Of a stretch of DNA of 46,637 bases, positions 27,250 through 35,692 are shown one piece after another; position 1 is the stretch's first letter; every line of letters begins with the position of its first letter. The position numbers and the translations under genes were made by a program. The notes under the pieces were generated by a model. That model did not search any database, had not been told where the DNA came from, and worked only from the letters and a program-made list of their open reading frames with translations. Source of the DNA: Actinomycetota bacterium. Its GTDB lineage: Bacteria > Actinomycetota > Actinomycetes > JACCUZ01. The stretch covers positions 1 through 46,637 of the forward strand of contig JAVEDJ010000239.1 of the NCBI GenBank assembly GCA_030841025.1. Reading direction: 5' to 3'.

Positions 27250-28319
27250 GTACTCGGGTGATAGGCCGCGAAGACCTTGTTCGAGTTGAAGATGCCGGTC
27301 TCGGCGAAGTTCGACCAGGCGGGGACCTTCTGACCCAGCGCCTCCATCGCGCCCAGCAGCGGGAACCAGTTCAACAGCTCTTGCTGTCCTGCTCCCTCGA
27401 TCTCCTCCAACGACGTGGATCGCCAGGCGTCGAGGTCACCGCTGGTCATGGCGTCGTACAGCCGCCGGTCGCTGGGGGTGTCCGGTCGCAACCGCCAGGT
27501 GCGGTCGCAGATGAAGGCGTGCGACCAGCTCGACGAGGCGAGCAGCGCGATCCGCCAGGGCGACTCGGCACAGATCCGACCGACCTCGGCGCCGACGTCC
27601 ATCAGCCGAGCCGGCGTCGGGGAAGGCGGGTCCAGCTCGCGGATGTCGTCGAAGGGCGCCATGAACCCTTGGTAGCTGACCACACGACGGCCGTAGCAGT
27701 TGATCGGGAACGGTACGACGGGGTAGTCGAACCCCCGGCGGTGGTAGTCGAGGTAGAGCACGGCGTTGAGGAACGCGTGCGGCAGGCCGGGGTGGTGCAG
27801 CTGCTTGTAGGCGTAGGCCACGTCGACGCCACGGCCCATCAGCTCGGACACGATGTGCTTGCCGATGTCCGGGCGTCCCTTGACCGTGAACGCGGTATCG
27901 CCGCTCTCGCCCCAGACGTTGGGCCGACCCTTCATGTCGGAGGACTCCGCAGCGTGTGCCCAGGGGCGGACCTCGATGTCGTCGTAGGCCAGCACGGCGT
28001 ACGGCGGGATGAGGTCTTCCTTGAAGTTCTCGTACTGGTCGTCGCCCCAGATCACGATGGCATCGGGCTGGAAGTCATCGATCGCCGCACGGACGTCCTC
28101 GAAGCCCTTGATCAGCGCCGCCCGGTGGTCGGCCGCCGCGGCGCGGCCCTCGTCATCGGCCCATTCACGCCTGGCGATCTCCGGCCAGTTGGCGACGTCC
28201 TTCTCCGCCTCCGGGATGCCGGGATCCTCGAGGATGCGGCGCAGGATGCCCGCCATGTCCTCGTCGAGCCCGCTGAACGGGGGGTAGTGGGACAGCCCTA
28301 CGCCGAGAACCTCACCCAT
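27246..28319 (-). CDS. class III (LigB-superfamily) extradiol ring-cleavage dioxygenase, single polypeptide
   Basis: 'GVGLSHYPP', 'VIWGDDQYENF' and 'SSSWSHAF' resemble MhpB/LigB-type blocks. ATG 28319 has GGAGG 7 nt upstream. The 15-codon upstream extension was rejected. Confidence 0.75.
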   Translation of the reverse strand: MGEVLGVGLSHYPPFSGLDEDMAGILRRILEDPGIPEAEKDVANWPEIARREWADDEGRAAAADHRAALIKGFEDVRAAIDDFQPDAIVIWGDDQYENFKEDLIPPYAVLAYDDIEVRPWAHAAESSDMKGRPNVWGESGDTAFTVKGRPDIGKHIVSELMGRGVDVAYAYKQLHHPGLPHAFLNAVLYLDYHRRGFDYPVVPFPINCYGRRVVSYQGFMAPFDDIRELDPPSPTPARLMDVGAEVGRICAESPWRIALLASSSWSHAFICDRTWRLRPDTPSDRRLYDAMTSGDLDAWRSTSLEEIEGAGQQELLNWFPLLGAMEALGQKVPAWSNFAETGIFNSNKVFAAYHPST

Positions 28320-28480
28320 CTGCGTACCTCCGATCCGTCCGGTCGTGCCGGGAGTGATCGCCACCGTAAGTCGGTTCGTGAACTATCGTCAAGAGAAACT
28401 ATTTAAACTCGGAACCAAGACGTCGCCCTCAGCACCCCCCGGGCGGTACCGTGACGTGGTTGCACGAAGGAGGCAAAACG
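28320..28480. promoter_or_regulatory. divergent promoter region between the extradiol-dioxygenase operon and the MarR-decarboxylase operon
   Basis: Locally AT-rich island 'gttcgtgaactatcgtcaagagaaactatttaaactcggaac' with GTTC-n2-GAAC and repeated AACTAT, in otherwise high-GC DNA. Confidence 0.5.
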
Positions 28481-29056
28481 GTGTCACATCAAGGGCGCGC
28501 ACGCACGGAGGCCGATTCGACGACCGGAGAGGGCGACCCGGCGTCGACCGTGCCGTGGCAGGTCTCTCGTGCGGCAGCCGAACACGGAGCGGACTTCGAC
28601 CCGAGCGTCCTGTCGCTCACGCTGACCCTCTACCGCGCCATGTCCGCGTTCGACCGGGCCGGCCAGGCCGAGCTCGCCCCACACGGGCTGAGCGTGAGCC
28701 AGCTCAACATCCTGACCGTTCTGCACCGGGCCGACAGCCCGCTGACGATGGGCGAGCTGGGCCACGCCGTGTCCGTTCGCCCCGCCAACCTCACCAGCGT
28801 CGTGGACGCGCTGACCCAGCGCTCACTCATTGAGCGGCGGGTCAACCCCGGCGACCGCCGGTCCTATCTCATCGCGAACACGCCTGCCGGCGACGACTTC
28901 CTGGTGCGCTTCCTGCCGAGCCACTGGCGCTACCTCGAGACCTTGACCAGTGACCTGAGCAGCGAGGAGCGCATGCTGCTGACCGATCTGCTCGAGCGCC
29001 TCCGCGTCTCCGCCGAGGCTGCTCCCGGGAGCGAGCCCGTCCGGATGGCCGAGTGA
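28481..29056 (+). CDS. MarR-family transcriptional regulator
   Basis: 'LSVSQLNILTVLHRADSPLTMGELGHAVSVRPANLTSVVDALTQRSLIERRVNPGDRRS' winged HTH. GTG 28481 follows AAGGAGG. Confidence 0.8.
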   Translation: MSHQGRARTEADSTTGEGDPASTVPWQVSRAAAEHGADFDPSVLSLTLTLYRAMSAFDRAGQAELAPHGLSVSQLNILTVLHRADSPLTMGELGHAVSVRPANLTSVVDALTQRSLIERRVNPGDRRSYLIANTPAGDDFLVRFLPSHWRYLETLTSDLSSEERMLLTDLLERLRVSAEAAPGSEPVRMAE

Positions 29057-30066
29057 GCGCATCGCCCGTCGGTTCGGGGGCGCCCCGTGTCGACGTCCAC
29101 ACACATGCCATCCCGCCGCAGCTCCCTCGTCTCGCGGAGCGGTACGCCGGGTCCTGGCCCTCACTGGTCGCGACGGGCCCCTGCACCGCAGACCTGCTGC
29201 TGGGCGAGGACTTCTTCCGGGCCCTCGACGACCGCTGCTGGGACGCCCGCCGGCGCATCGAGGACATGGACGCCGAGCAGGTGGCGGTCCAGGTCGTCTC
29301 GCCGATCCCCGTGACGTTCTCCTACCGGCTGCCGGCCGACGGGGTGACCGAGCTGGCCCGCGTGCAGAACGAGTGGATCGCCGAGCTCGTGCGCGACACC
29401 CCGGACCGCTTCGTCGGACTCGGCACCGTTGCGTTGCAGGACCCTGCGGCTGCCGCCAGCTCGGTCATCGAGTGCATCACCACGTTCGGGCTGCGCGGCA
29501 TCGAGATCGGCAGCAACGTCGATGGGCTGGCCCTCGACGACCCGGCGCTCGAGGACTTCTGGGCCGCCTGCGCCGACACCGGAGCGGTCGTGCTCGTGCA
29601 CCCATGGCAGGTTCTCGGCGAGGAGCGGCTCGGGCGGCACGGACTGCTCTACTCCGTGGGCATGCCCGCCGAGACAGCTGCCGCTGCCGCGACGCTGATG
29701 CTCGGTGGTGTGTTGGACCGCCACCCCGCCCTCCGCGTCGTGCTCGCGCACGGCGGCGGCGCTCTGCTGGCGATGCTGCCGCGTATCGAGCGGTGCCTCA
29801 CGATGCTGCCGGGCATGACACCGCCTGCACTCGCACCGCGCGAGTACTTGCGCCGGTTCTGGTACGACTCGCTCGTCTACGACCCGGGCACCGTTCACTC
29901 GCTGGTGCGGGCCGTCGGTGCCGACCGGGTGATGGTCGGCAGCGACTATCCCTTCCCCATCGCCGAGCGACCCGTCGGCAGCGGCGTCCTGGCCGCGGGC
30001 TTGGCCGACGAGGAGCAGACCGCGGTCCTCACCGGGACTGCGGCCGACCTGTTCGGCCTTCGCTGA
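29053..30066 (+). CDS. amidohydrolase_2 / ACMSD-family non-oxidative decarboxylase
   Basis: 'VDVHTHAIPP' HxH, 'CWD...RIEDMD...VQVVSPIPVTFSY', 'VLVHPW' and 'GSDYPFP' are collinear with ACMSD-type enzymes. GTGA overlap with the MarR stop. Confidence 0.8.
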   Translation: MSASPVGSGAPRVDVHTHAIPPQLPRLAERYAGSWPSLVATGPCTADLLLGEDFFRALDDRCWDARRRIEDMDAEQVAVQVVSPIPVTFSYRLPADGVTELARVQNEWIAELVRDTPDRFVGLGTVALQDPAAAASSVIECITTFGLRGIEIGSNVDGLALDDPALEDFWAACADTGAVVLVHPWQVLGEERLGRHGLLYSVGMPAETAAAAATLMLGGVLDRHPALRVVLAHGGGALLAMLPRIERCLTMLPGMTPPALAPREYLRRFWYDSLVYDPGTVHSLVRAVGADRVMVGSDYPFPIAERPVGSGVLAAGLADEEQTAVLTGTAADLFGLR

Positions 30067-30075
30067 GCCGAACCC

Positions 30076-31071
30076 TCAGACCTTCGCGTCGGTCAACGTG
30101 GCCGGGAGGAACAGGTCCGCCGGGTCCAGTGGCCGGGACGTGAACCCCTGCTCGTGGGCGTAGCGCAGCAGGGTGGTCAGCGCGGCCCGGTTGGCATCCA
30201 CGCCGTAGGCGAAGGCATCGCCCAGCAGCGCGGCCTCCTCCTCGGCGTACGCCGACTCCCAGACCAGCGAGGAGAAGCACACCGCGGAGTCCCGCAGGGC
30301 TGGGCCGGCCTGGGCCCGGGCGACCTCGAAGGCGTGCCGCAGGTTGTTGGCGATCCAGGGGTGCTCCTCGACGAGCGCCTTCTTGAGCACCACGACATGC
30401 ATCAGCGGGATGATCCCGGTCTTCTCGAAGAAGCCGCGCTCCTCTGCGCGGTAGTCGGGAAAGACTCGCCGGATGCGCCGATCGCCCTTGAGGAAGAGGG
30501 TCGGTGGTCGAGCGGTGATGAGGGCGTCGATGCCACCCTCCAGCAGCTGATCGGTCAACGTCATCGACGCATCGATCGGGTCCACCCGGAACCGGCTCGG
30601 CGGCGTCACCCGTGACTTCTCCTGGCGCCCGGGCTCCTCCAGCCCGCCGGTGCGCCAGTGGACGCTCTCGAGATCGAGCCCGTAGTGCTCGCCGAGGAGG
30701 CCGCGCATCCAAAGCGATGCGGTCATGCTCCACTCAGGCGTGCCGATCGAGCGCCCCGACAGGTCGTCCGGGCGCTGCACGTCGGAGTCGGCGCGGACGT
30801 AGAACGCCGAGTGACGAAAGGCGCGGGAGGGGAAGACCGGGATCGCGCAGAAGGGACCGTCCGCCTGCTCGACGCCGGCGATGAAGGCCCCGAAGGAGAA
30901 CTCGGCCGCGTCGAACTCGCCGTACCTCCCTTGACGCCAGAACAGCTCCTCGATGCCGGTCTGCAGGTAACGCAGATCGACGCCCTCCACCTGCACGTCG
31001 CCGGTGTACAGCGCCCTCGTGCGGTCATAGACCGCACCGGCGTAGGTGACTGGAACGGGGCGACGGGTCAC
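30076..31071 (-). CDS. 4,5-dihydroxyphthalate-decarboxylase-like protein (cytoplasmic NMT1/SsuA-fold)
   Basis: 'YDRTRALYTGDVQVEGVDL', 'FCAIPVFPSRAFRHSAFYVR' and 'WRTGGLEEPG' fit my recollection of the Pht5/OphC family. No signal peptide. GTG 31071 with an AGGAG RBS. Confidence 0.65.
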   Translation of the reverse strand: MTRRPVPVTYAGAVYDRTRALYTGDVQVEGVDLRYLQTGIEELFWRQGRYGEFDAAEFSFGAFIAGVEQADGPFCAIPVFPSRAFRHSAFYVRADSDVQRPDDLSGRSIGTPEWSMTASLWMRGLLGEHYGLDLESVHWRTGGLEEPGRQEKSRVTPPSRFRVDPIDASMTLTDQLLEGGIDALITARPPTLFLKGDRRIRRVFPDYRAEERGFFEKTGIIPLMHVVVLKKALVEEHPWIANNLRHAFEVARAQAGPALRDSAVCFSSLVWESAYAEEEAALLGDAFAYGVDANRAALTTLLRYAHEQGFTSRPLDPADLFLPATLTDAKV

Positions 31072-31105
31072 GGGGCAGCTCCTGCGTTGGTGGTGAGCGG
31101 TGGTG

Positions 31106-32062
31106 TCAGGCGAGTAGGAGGCCGGCAACGCCGGCGAGGATCAGTAGGCCACCCACGGCCGTCCGGCCGGTCACCGCTTCCTTGTTCTTGAGCAGGAGGA
31201 CACTCGCGGGGATGACGAAGACCGGCAGCGCAGCGGACACCACCACACCGACGGCGATGGGGATGTGCCGAGTCGCTGCCATGAGGCAGACCTGGGCGGA
31301 GATGGTGAGCACGCCGGACAGGGTCCAGAGCCAGATGCCGATCCGGTCGGCGCCCCGCACGGCCTCGACGACGCTGCGGACCTTGGTGTGCAGCACGAGG
31401 TAGGCCAAGGTGCCCGCGACCGCGCCGACGAAGCCACCCAGGATGGGTTCGTTCCAGTCACGCACCCCGCTGCTGCGCACGACGTTGCCGACCGCGTAGG
31501 AGAAGGCACCGATGAGAGCGAGAGCCACCTCGCGTTTCGGCAGTCCGTCGAAACGGGCCACCGACCGGTCGCGCTCGACGTCCGGCGGCCGGGTGCCCTC
31601 CCCGTCCGCCCCCACCGCGACGGGCACCTTGCGCGCGACGGGGACCCGCGTCGTCAGGTAGAGCCCGACGAGCACAGCGGTGATGAAGGCGATGGCGGAC
31701 GGGCCGAGTACCTCATCGAGGAAGATCCAGCTGATGACGCCGGCGAACACGGGGTTGGTGATCTGCAGCGACGCCGCACGGGACGGACCGATCGACTGCA
31801 CCGACAGGAAGAAGAGCCGACGACCGAAGTACGACGTCAGCAGACCGCCGATCGCGAACATGGCCAGCGGGGCCCACTGCACTTCGATCCCTCGACCCAG
31901 CACGGCGTGCTGGCCCAGGACGAGCAGACCGGAGAACACCACGTTGCTTCCGAGTGCCAGCAGGAAGCCGATGTTATGACCGAGCCGTGGTCCCGCAACC
32001 GTGACCACCAGGACGTTGCAGCTGAACAGGAGGAGCGAAAGGAGGGCAAGCGCCTCACCCAT
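31106..32062 (-). CDS. DMT/EamA-family membrane transporter
   Basis: About 10 hydrophobic segments in two EamA-like halves. The start overlaps the upstream stop by 8 nt. Confidence 0.8.
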   Translation of the reverse strand: MGEALALLSLLLFSCNVLVVTVAGPRLGHNIGFLLALGSNVVFSGLLVLGQHAVLGRGIEVQWAPLAMFAIGGLLTSYFGRRLFFLSVQSIGPSRAASLQITNPVFAGVISWIFLDEVLGPSAIAFITAVLVGLYLTTRVPVARKVPVAVGADGEGTRPPDVERDRSVARFDGLPKREVALALIGAFSYAVGNVVRSSGVRDWNEPILGGFVGAVAGTLAYLVLHTKVRSVVEAVRGADRIGIWLWTLSGVLTISAQVCLMAATRHIPIAVGVVVSAALPVFVIPASVLLLKNKEAVTGRTAVGGLLILAGVAGLLLA

Positions 32063-33692
32063 GCCGGCTGCCCACCGACTCCGTTCCGCGTGCCAGCACG
32101 CCGCTCCCAGAGACCGCCTGGGGCGGCGCGTCGAACAACAGGGACTTGATGATGACGGGCACGACGCCGGCAGGGCGGATCAGCTCGCCGATGTCGACAT
32201 AGTCGAACTCCTCGAGGCGTACCCCGTCGAGGCAGACCACAGGCTGCTGCACGCCGAGCTCCTCGGTGAGGAGGCGGCCCAGCGATCGAGCAAGGTCTCC
32301 GTCGAGCAGCACCACCAGGGGGTGACCGGCCGCCAGGTGCTCCGCGAGACCAGCGACCAGGCCCTCGGCGAGGGCGCGCAACCGCCGGTACTCGGGGTCA
32401 CCCGACCAGTGCAGCGCCACGGCAACCGGCTGACCTGCGTCCTCGACGTCGAACCGGCGGGCGGCAGCAGCGACGGCGTCGGCCACCGCAGCCGGCTCGA
32501 AGTCACCCTCGAGCGAGACCCGCGGGAACAGCACGGGAAGGTTGCGCACCGGCAGGATGTCGGCGCCGGAGAGCCCCACGGTGTTGCCGCTCACCTGTAC
32601 CGAGAACTGTGACGCGCCGATCACGGTAGCTCGGATATGGGCGCGGGCCTCCACGACCTCCATGTCGAGCCGGCCGGCGTCGAATGCCGCGCGCAGCTCT
32701 GCCGCGAGGCTCGGTGCCACGTCGCCGAACGTTTGCGACTCGCGGCCGTAGAAGTACTCCGCGACCCCACCGGAGAAGCTGACGACCTGGGGGCGCGCGG
32801 ACGGTGGCCGGTCGTCGACCAGCAACAGGTCGGCGGGGTACGACGCGGGCACTCCACCCTCGTCGATACAGCCCACGAGGACATCGACGAACGAACGTAC
32901 GAGCCGTTGCTCATCGCCCTCGCTGAGCTCCTCCCCCAGCGCGAGGGGGATGCCGGCCGCCTGCGCGACCTCCAGGGCCGGGCCCTCGACACGCACCACG
33001 CGACGACCGTCCAGAGCGACCAGCCGGCCTCCGACGGCTACCGCCGCCGTCCCCAGGATGGCCCCGTCGGCGATCAGCGCGAGCTTTGCCGTCCCTCCGC
33101 CGACGTCGACGTGGAGCCGGACTCGTGGGTCCTCGCGGCTGTCGGCCACGGCTCCTGAGCCGTGAGCGGCCATCGCCGCCTCGAGGTGGTGCCCGGCCGA
33201 GGCGCAGACGAACGTCCCGGTCTCCGTCGCGAACAGGTCGGCAATGGCCCGGGCGTTGCGTCGCTTGAGTGCCTCACCGGTCAGCACCACCGCTCCGGTG
33301 TCGATGGAGGTGCGTTCGACCCCAGCCTCGACGTAGCACTCCTGCACGAACTTCCCGAGGACATCGGCATCGATGCTGTTGTCGGGAAGGTAGGGCGTCA
33401 GTACGACCGGCGAGCGCCACACGACCTTGCGGTCGACGACGACGAACCGGCTCGAGAGGCCCTGGGCCAGGCGCTGCATGTGCACCCGGGCGAACATGAG
33501 GTGTGACGTGGACGAGCCGATGTCGATGCCCACCGTGTCGAGCTGGACGTTCTCGACGTCCCAGTACTCCTCCGGCTCCTGGCTCGGGTCGCCGACCCCG
33601 TCCGGCTCGTCCTCGTCGTGGTGGTGATCCGGAAAGTGAATCTGGTCCAGCGAGATGGAGGACTCGCCGTGGGAGTGGCCGGAAGACGTCAT
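32055..33692 (-). CDS. EutA-family (ethanolamine ammonia-lyase reactivase-like, ASKHA-fold) ATPase with His/acid-rich N-terminal extension
   Basis: 'VGIDIGSSTSHLMFAR', 'DTGAVVLTGEALKRRNA', 'FVCASAGHHLEAAMAAHGSGA', 'LPVRNLPVLFP' and 'VVPVIIKSLLF' are collinear with E. coli EutA as I recall it. ATGA overlap with the bicupin stop. Confidence 0.7.
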   Translation of the reverse strand: MTSSGHSHGESSISLDQIHFPDHHHDEDEPDGVGDPSQEPEEYWDVENVQLDTVGIDIGSSTSHLMFARVHMQRLAQGLSSRFVVVDRKVVWRSPVVLTPYLPDNSIDADVLGKFVQECYVEAGVERTSIDTGAVVLTGEALKRRNARAIADLFATETGTFVCASAGHHLEAAMAAHGSGAVADSREDPRVRLHVDVGGGTAKLALIADGAILGTAAVAVGGRLVALDGRRVVRVEGPALEVAQAAGIPLALGEELSEGDEQRLVRSFVDVLVGCIDEGGVPASYPADLLLVDDRPPSARPQVVSFSGGVAEYFYGRESQTFGDVAPSLAAELRAAFDAGRLDMEVVEARAHIRATVIGASQFSVQVSGNTVGLSGADILPVRNLPVLFPRVSLEGDFEPAAVADAVAAAARRFDVEDAGQPVAVALHWSGDPEYRRLRALAEGLVAGLAEHLAAGHPLVVLLDGDLARSLGRLLTEELGVQQPVVCLDGVRLEEFDYVDIGELIRPAGVVPVIIKSLLFDAPPQAVSGSGVLARGTESVGSRHG

Positions 33693-34774
33693 CCCCGGGT
33701 GGCCACGAAGTCCTGCATGCGCATCTCGGCCCCGGACTTGGCCAGCTCCTTGGCGTAGAGCTCGTGGATCTCAGGCCTCTGGTCCTCGTACTCGATCTGC
33801 CGGCCGCCGTCCTTGAGGCTGACGTCCATGCCCATGAACGTCTTGCGCTTGTCCTCTGTGAACGGATAACGCAGCCCGCCGAAGGCCACCGCGAGGTAGC
33901 GCGCGGGATCAGGGCTGGTGTTGAAGTGCTGGTGGAACATCCTGTCCGGTGGCGCATAGAAGACGCCATGGCGCCAGTCGACGCGGTGGAAGTCCGTGTC
34001 GCCGTCGTACCACAGCAGTGAGTAGCCGTGGCCCGTCACCGCGTAGACATGGAAATCCGCCCCGTGTCGGTGACCCTTCTTGTACGTGCCGACCGGCATC
34101 TCGGAGATGTGGGCGTGCATCGTACCGTCAGCCAGCACGAACATCATGTTGCTACCGCCGGCACCACGAGCAGACCACTTCTGCAGCTCGAAGGACGCGA
34201 GGTCCGGGACGAAGTTGGTCTCCCACATGTGACGACCAGGCCGCATCGGGATGAAGTCGCCGTCACCCGAGAAGTGCTTCTCCGAGCCGACCCGCTCATC
34301 GAAGGACCACGGGTTGTCAAAGACGAACCGCTCGTTGTGGTACAGGTTGAGGGTGATCGGCGCGCTCGTGGTCGACGCCATCCGCGCCGGCTCCGAACCG
34401 CTCGCGTTGAAGTGGCGGTAGCGCGCGTTCAGCGGCAGCGCGAAGAGGCTCTTGGGGCCCCACTCGAAGCTGTGCTTTGTCCCGTCGGCGGCCTCGATGG
34501 TGGTGCTGCCGGTGCCGCTGAGCACGTAGACGACCTCTTCGTAGAGGTGCTTCTGCGGCTCCGTGCTGGTTCCCGGCGCAAGCTCGATGACCACGACATT
34601 GATGGAGTCGCCGCGACCCTTGAGATTGACGAACGCCGCGTCGGCACCCAGCCGAGCCCACGGCGCGGTCTCGACGGCGAGGAGGTCCACACCGAAGTCC
34701 TCGACGACGGGCACCCCCTCGCCCTTGACCCACTCGAGGTAGCTGTCAATCAGGAACTTCGGCTCTTCAGACAC
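33689..34774 (-). CDS. bicupin protein (gentisate-dioxygenase-like fold), function unknown
   Basis: The N-cupin 'PGTSTEPQKHLYEEVVYVLSGTG...FEWGPKSLFALP' has only one His of HxH. The C-cupin 'GTYKKGHRHGADFHVYAVTGHG...FHQHFN' has a full HxH...H motif. Confidence 0.65.
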   Translation of the reverse strand: MSEEPKFLIDSYLEWVKGEGVPVVEDFGVDLLAVETAPWARLGADAAFVNLKGRGDSINVVVIELAPGTSTEPQKHLYEEVVYVLSGTGSTTIEAADGTKHSFEWGPKSLFALPLNARYRHFNASGSEPARMASTTSAPITLNLYHNERFVFDNPWSFDERVGSEKHFSGDGDFIPMRPGRHMWETNFVPDLASFELQKWSARGAGGSNMMFVLADGTMHAHISEMPVGTYKKGHRHGADFHVYAVTGHGYSLLWYDGDTDFHRVDWRHGVFYAPPDRMFHQHFNTSPDPARYLAVAFGGLRYPFTEDKRKTFMGMDVSLKDGGRQIEYEDQRPEIHELYAKELAKSGAEMRMQDFVATRG

Positions 34775-34849
34775 TCTTGCGTCCTCTCCGCCGCTGCTGC
34801 GGCGTTGTTGTCCCGCCGCGCGACGAACCCGCGCGGCAGGGGTGGTTGC

Positions 34850-35692
34850 TCACAGGGCTACTGGCACCTCGGGCTTGGGTGCGTGCAACAGACCCCAGAT
34901 TTCCCGGCTGAGCTCAGCGATCCGGTCGCTCTGCTGGAACTCGGCGCCACGCGGGTGCTTCTCGTCGACCTCGTAGACCTTGACGAAGCGGCCAGGGTTG
35001 CTAGCCATCACAAAGACCCGGTCAGCCTGGAAGATGGCCTCGCGGATGTCGTGCGTGATGAAGATGGTGGTCGTACCGATCTCGGAGACGACCTTCTGCA
35101 GGTCGCGCTGGAGCTTCTCCCGGGTCTGTGCGTCCAGAGCGCTGAACGGCTCGTCCATCAGCAGCACCGACGGCTGGATCGCCAGCGCCCGCGCGAGGTT
35201 GACGCGCTGCTGCATGCCACCGGAGATCTGCGAGGGGTAGTAGTCGGCGAACTCGGTCAGGTTGGTCAGCTGCAGCAGCTGGGCGACCCGCTCCTTGCTC
35301 CCGTCCTTGCCCGGCGGCCGGTTCGGCGTGTCCTTGAGCACACTGAGGTCCAGCCCGAACGCCACATTGCGCTGCACCGTGCGCCATGGGAACAGCGATG
35401 CCTTCTGGAAGACGAAGCCGGTAGCGACCTTGCCTGGCGCCTGTCCGTCCACCAGGACCTCGCCGCCGTCGTGCTCCTCGAGGCCTTGGAGGATCCGCAG
35501 CAGCGTCGTCTTGCCACAGCCGGACGGACCGACGATCGAGACGAACTCACCCGGGCGAACGTCGAGCGACACTCGGTCGAGAACGGTGAGTGTTTCCCCC
35601 TTGGGGGTGGCGTAGTGCTTGGACAGCTCCCGGACGACGACGCCTCCCGACGAGGTCGTCTGCGTCTGATGCTCGGTTGAGTTCGTCGCCAT
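34850..35692 (-). CDS. ABC transporter ATP-binding protein (NitT/TauT, SsuB-like)
   Basis: Walker A 'GPSGCGKTT', signature 'ISGGMQQR' and Walker B 'LLMDEPFSALD'. ATG 35692 abuts the permease stop. Confidence 0.9.
   Translation of the reverse strand: MATNSTEHQTQTTSSGGVVVRELSKHYATPKGETLTVLDRVSLDVRPGEFVSIVGPSGCGKTTLLRILQGLEEHDGGEVLVDGQAPGKVATGFVFQKASLFPWRTVQRNVAFGLDLSVLKDTPNRPPGKDGSKERVAQLLQLTNLTEFADYYPSQISGGMQQRVNLARALAIQPSVLLMDEPFSALDAQTREKLQRDLQKVVSEIGTTTIFITHDIREAIFQADRVFVMASNPGRFVKVYEVDEKHPRGAEFQQSDRIAELSREIWGLLHAPKPEVPVAL

Noticed and set aside
23519-28319. Carbazole (car) type cluster (Rieske CarAa, LigB-type CarBaBb, hydrolase CarC).
   Set aside because: The extradiol enzyme is a single polypeptide rather than Ba/Bb. 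In addition, a diol dehydrogenase and two decarboxylase-type genes are present that a car pathway does not need. Only phylogeny can settle this.
27246-30066. 3-hydroxyanthranilate / 2-nitrobenzoate (nba) or 2-aminophenol (amn) pathway as the explanation for the ACMSD-like gene.
   Set aside because: I saw no cupin-type 3-hydroxyanthranilate 3,4-dioxygenase, no two-subunit AmnAB arrangement and no 2-aminomuconate deaminase candidate. The route is not excluded, only less parsimonious than the protocatechuate 2,3-cleavage scheme.
32055-33692. Interpreting the EutA homolog as evidence for an ethanolamine-utilisation (eut) locus.
   Set aside because: No eutB/eutC, microcompartment shell, EutR/EutVW or cobalamin genes are present in the 46.6-kb window. 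The neighbours are a bicupin, transporters and aromatic-acid genes.
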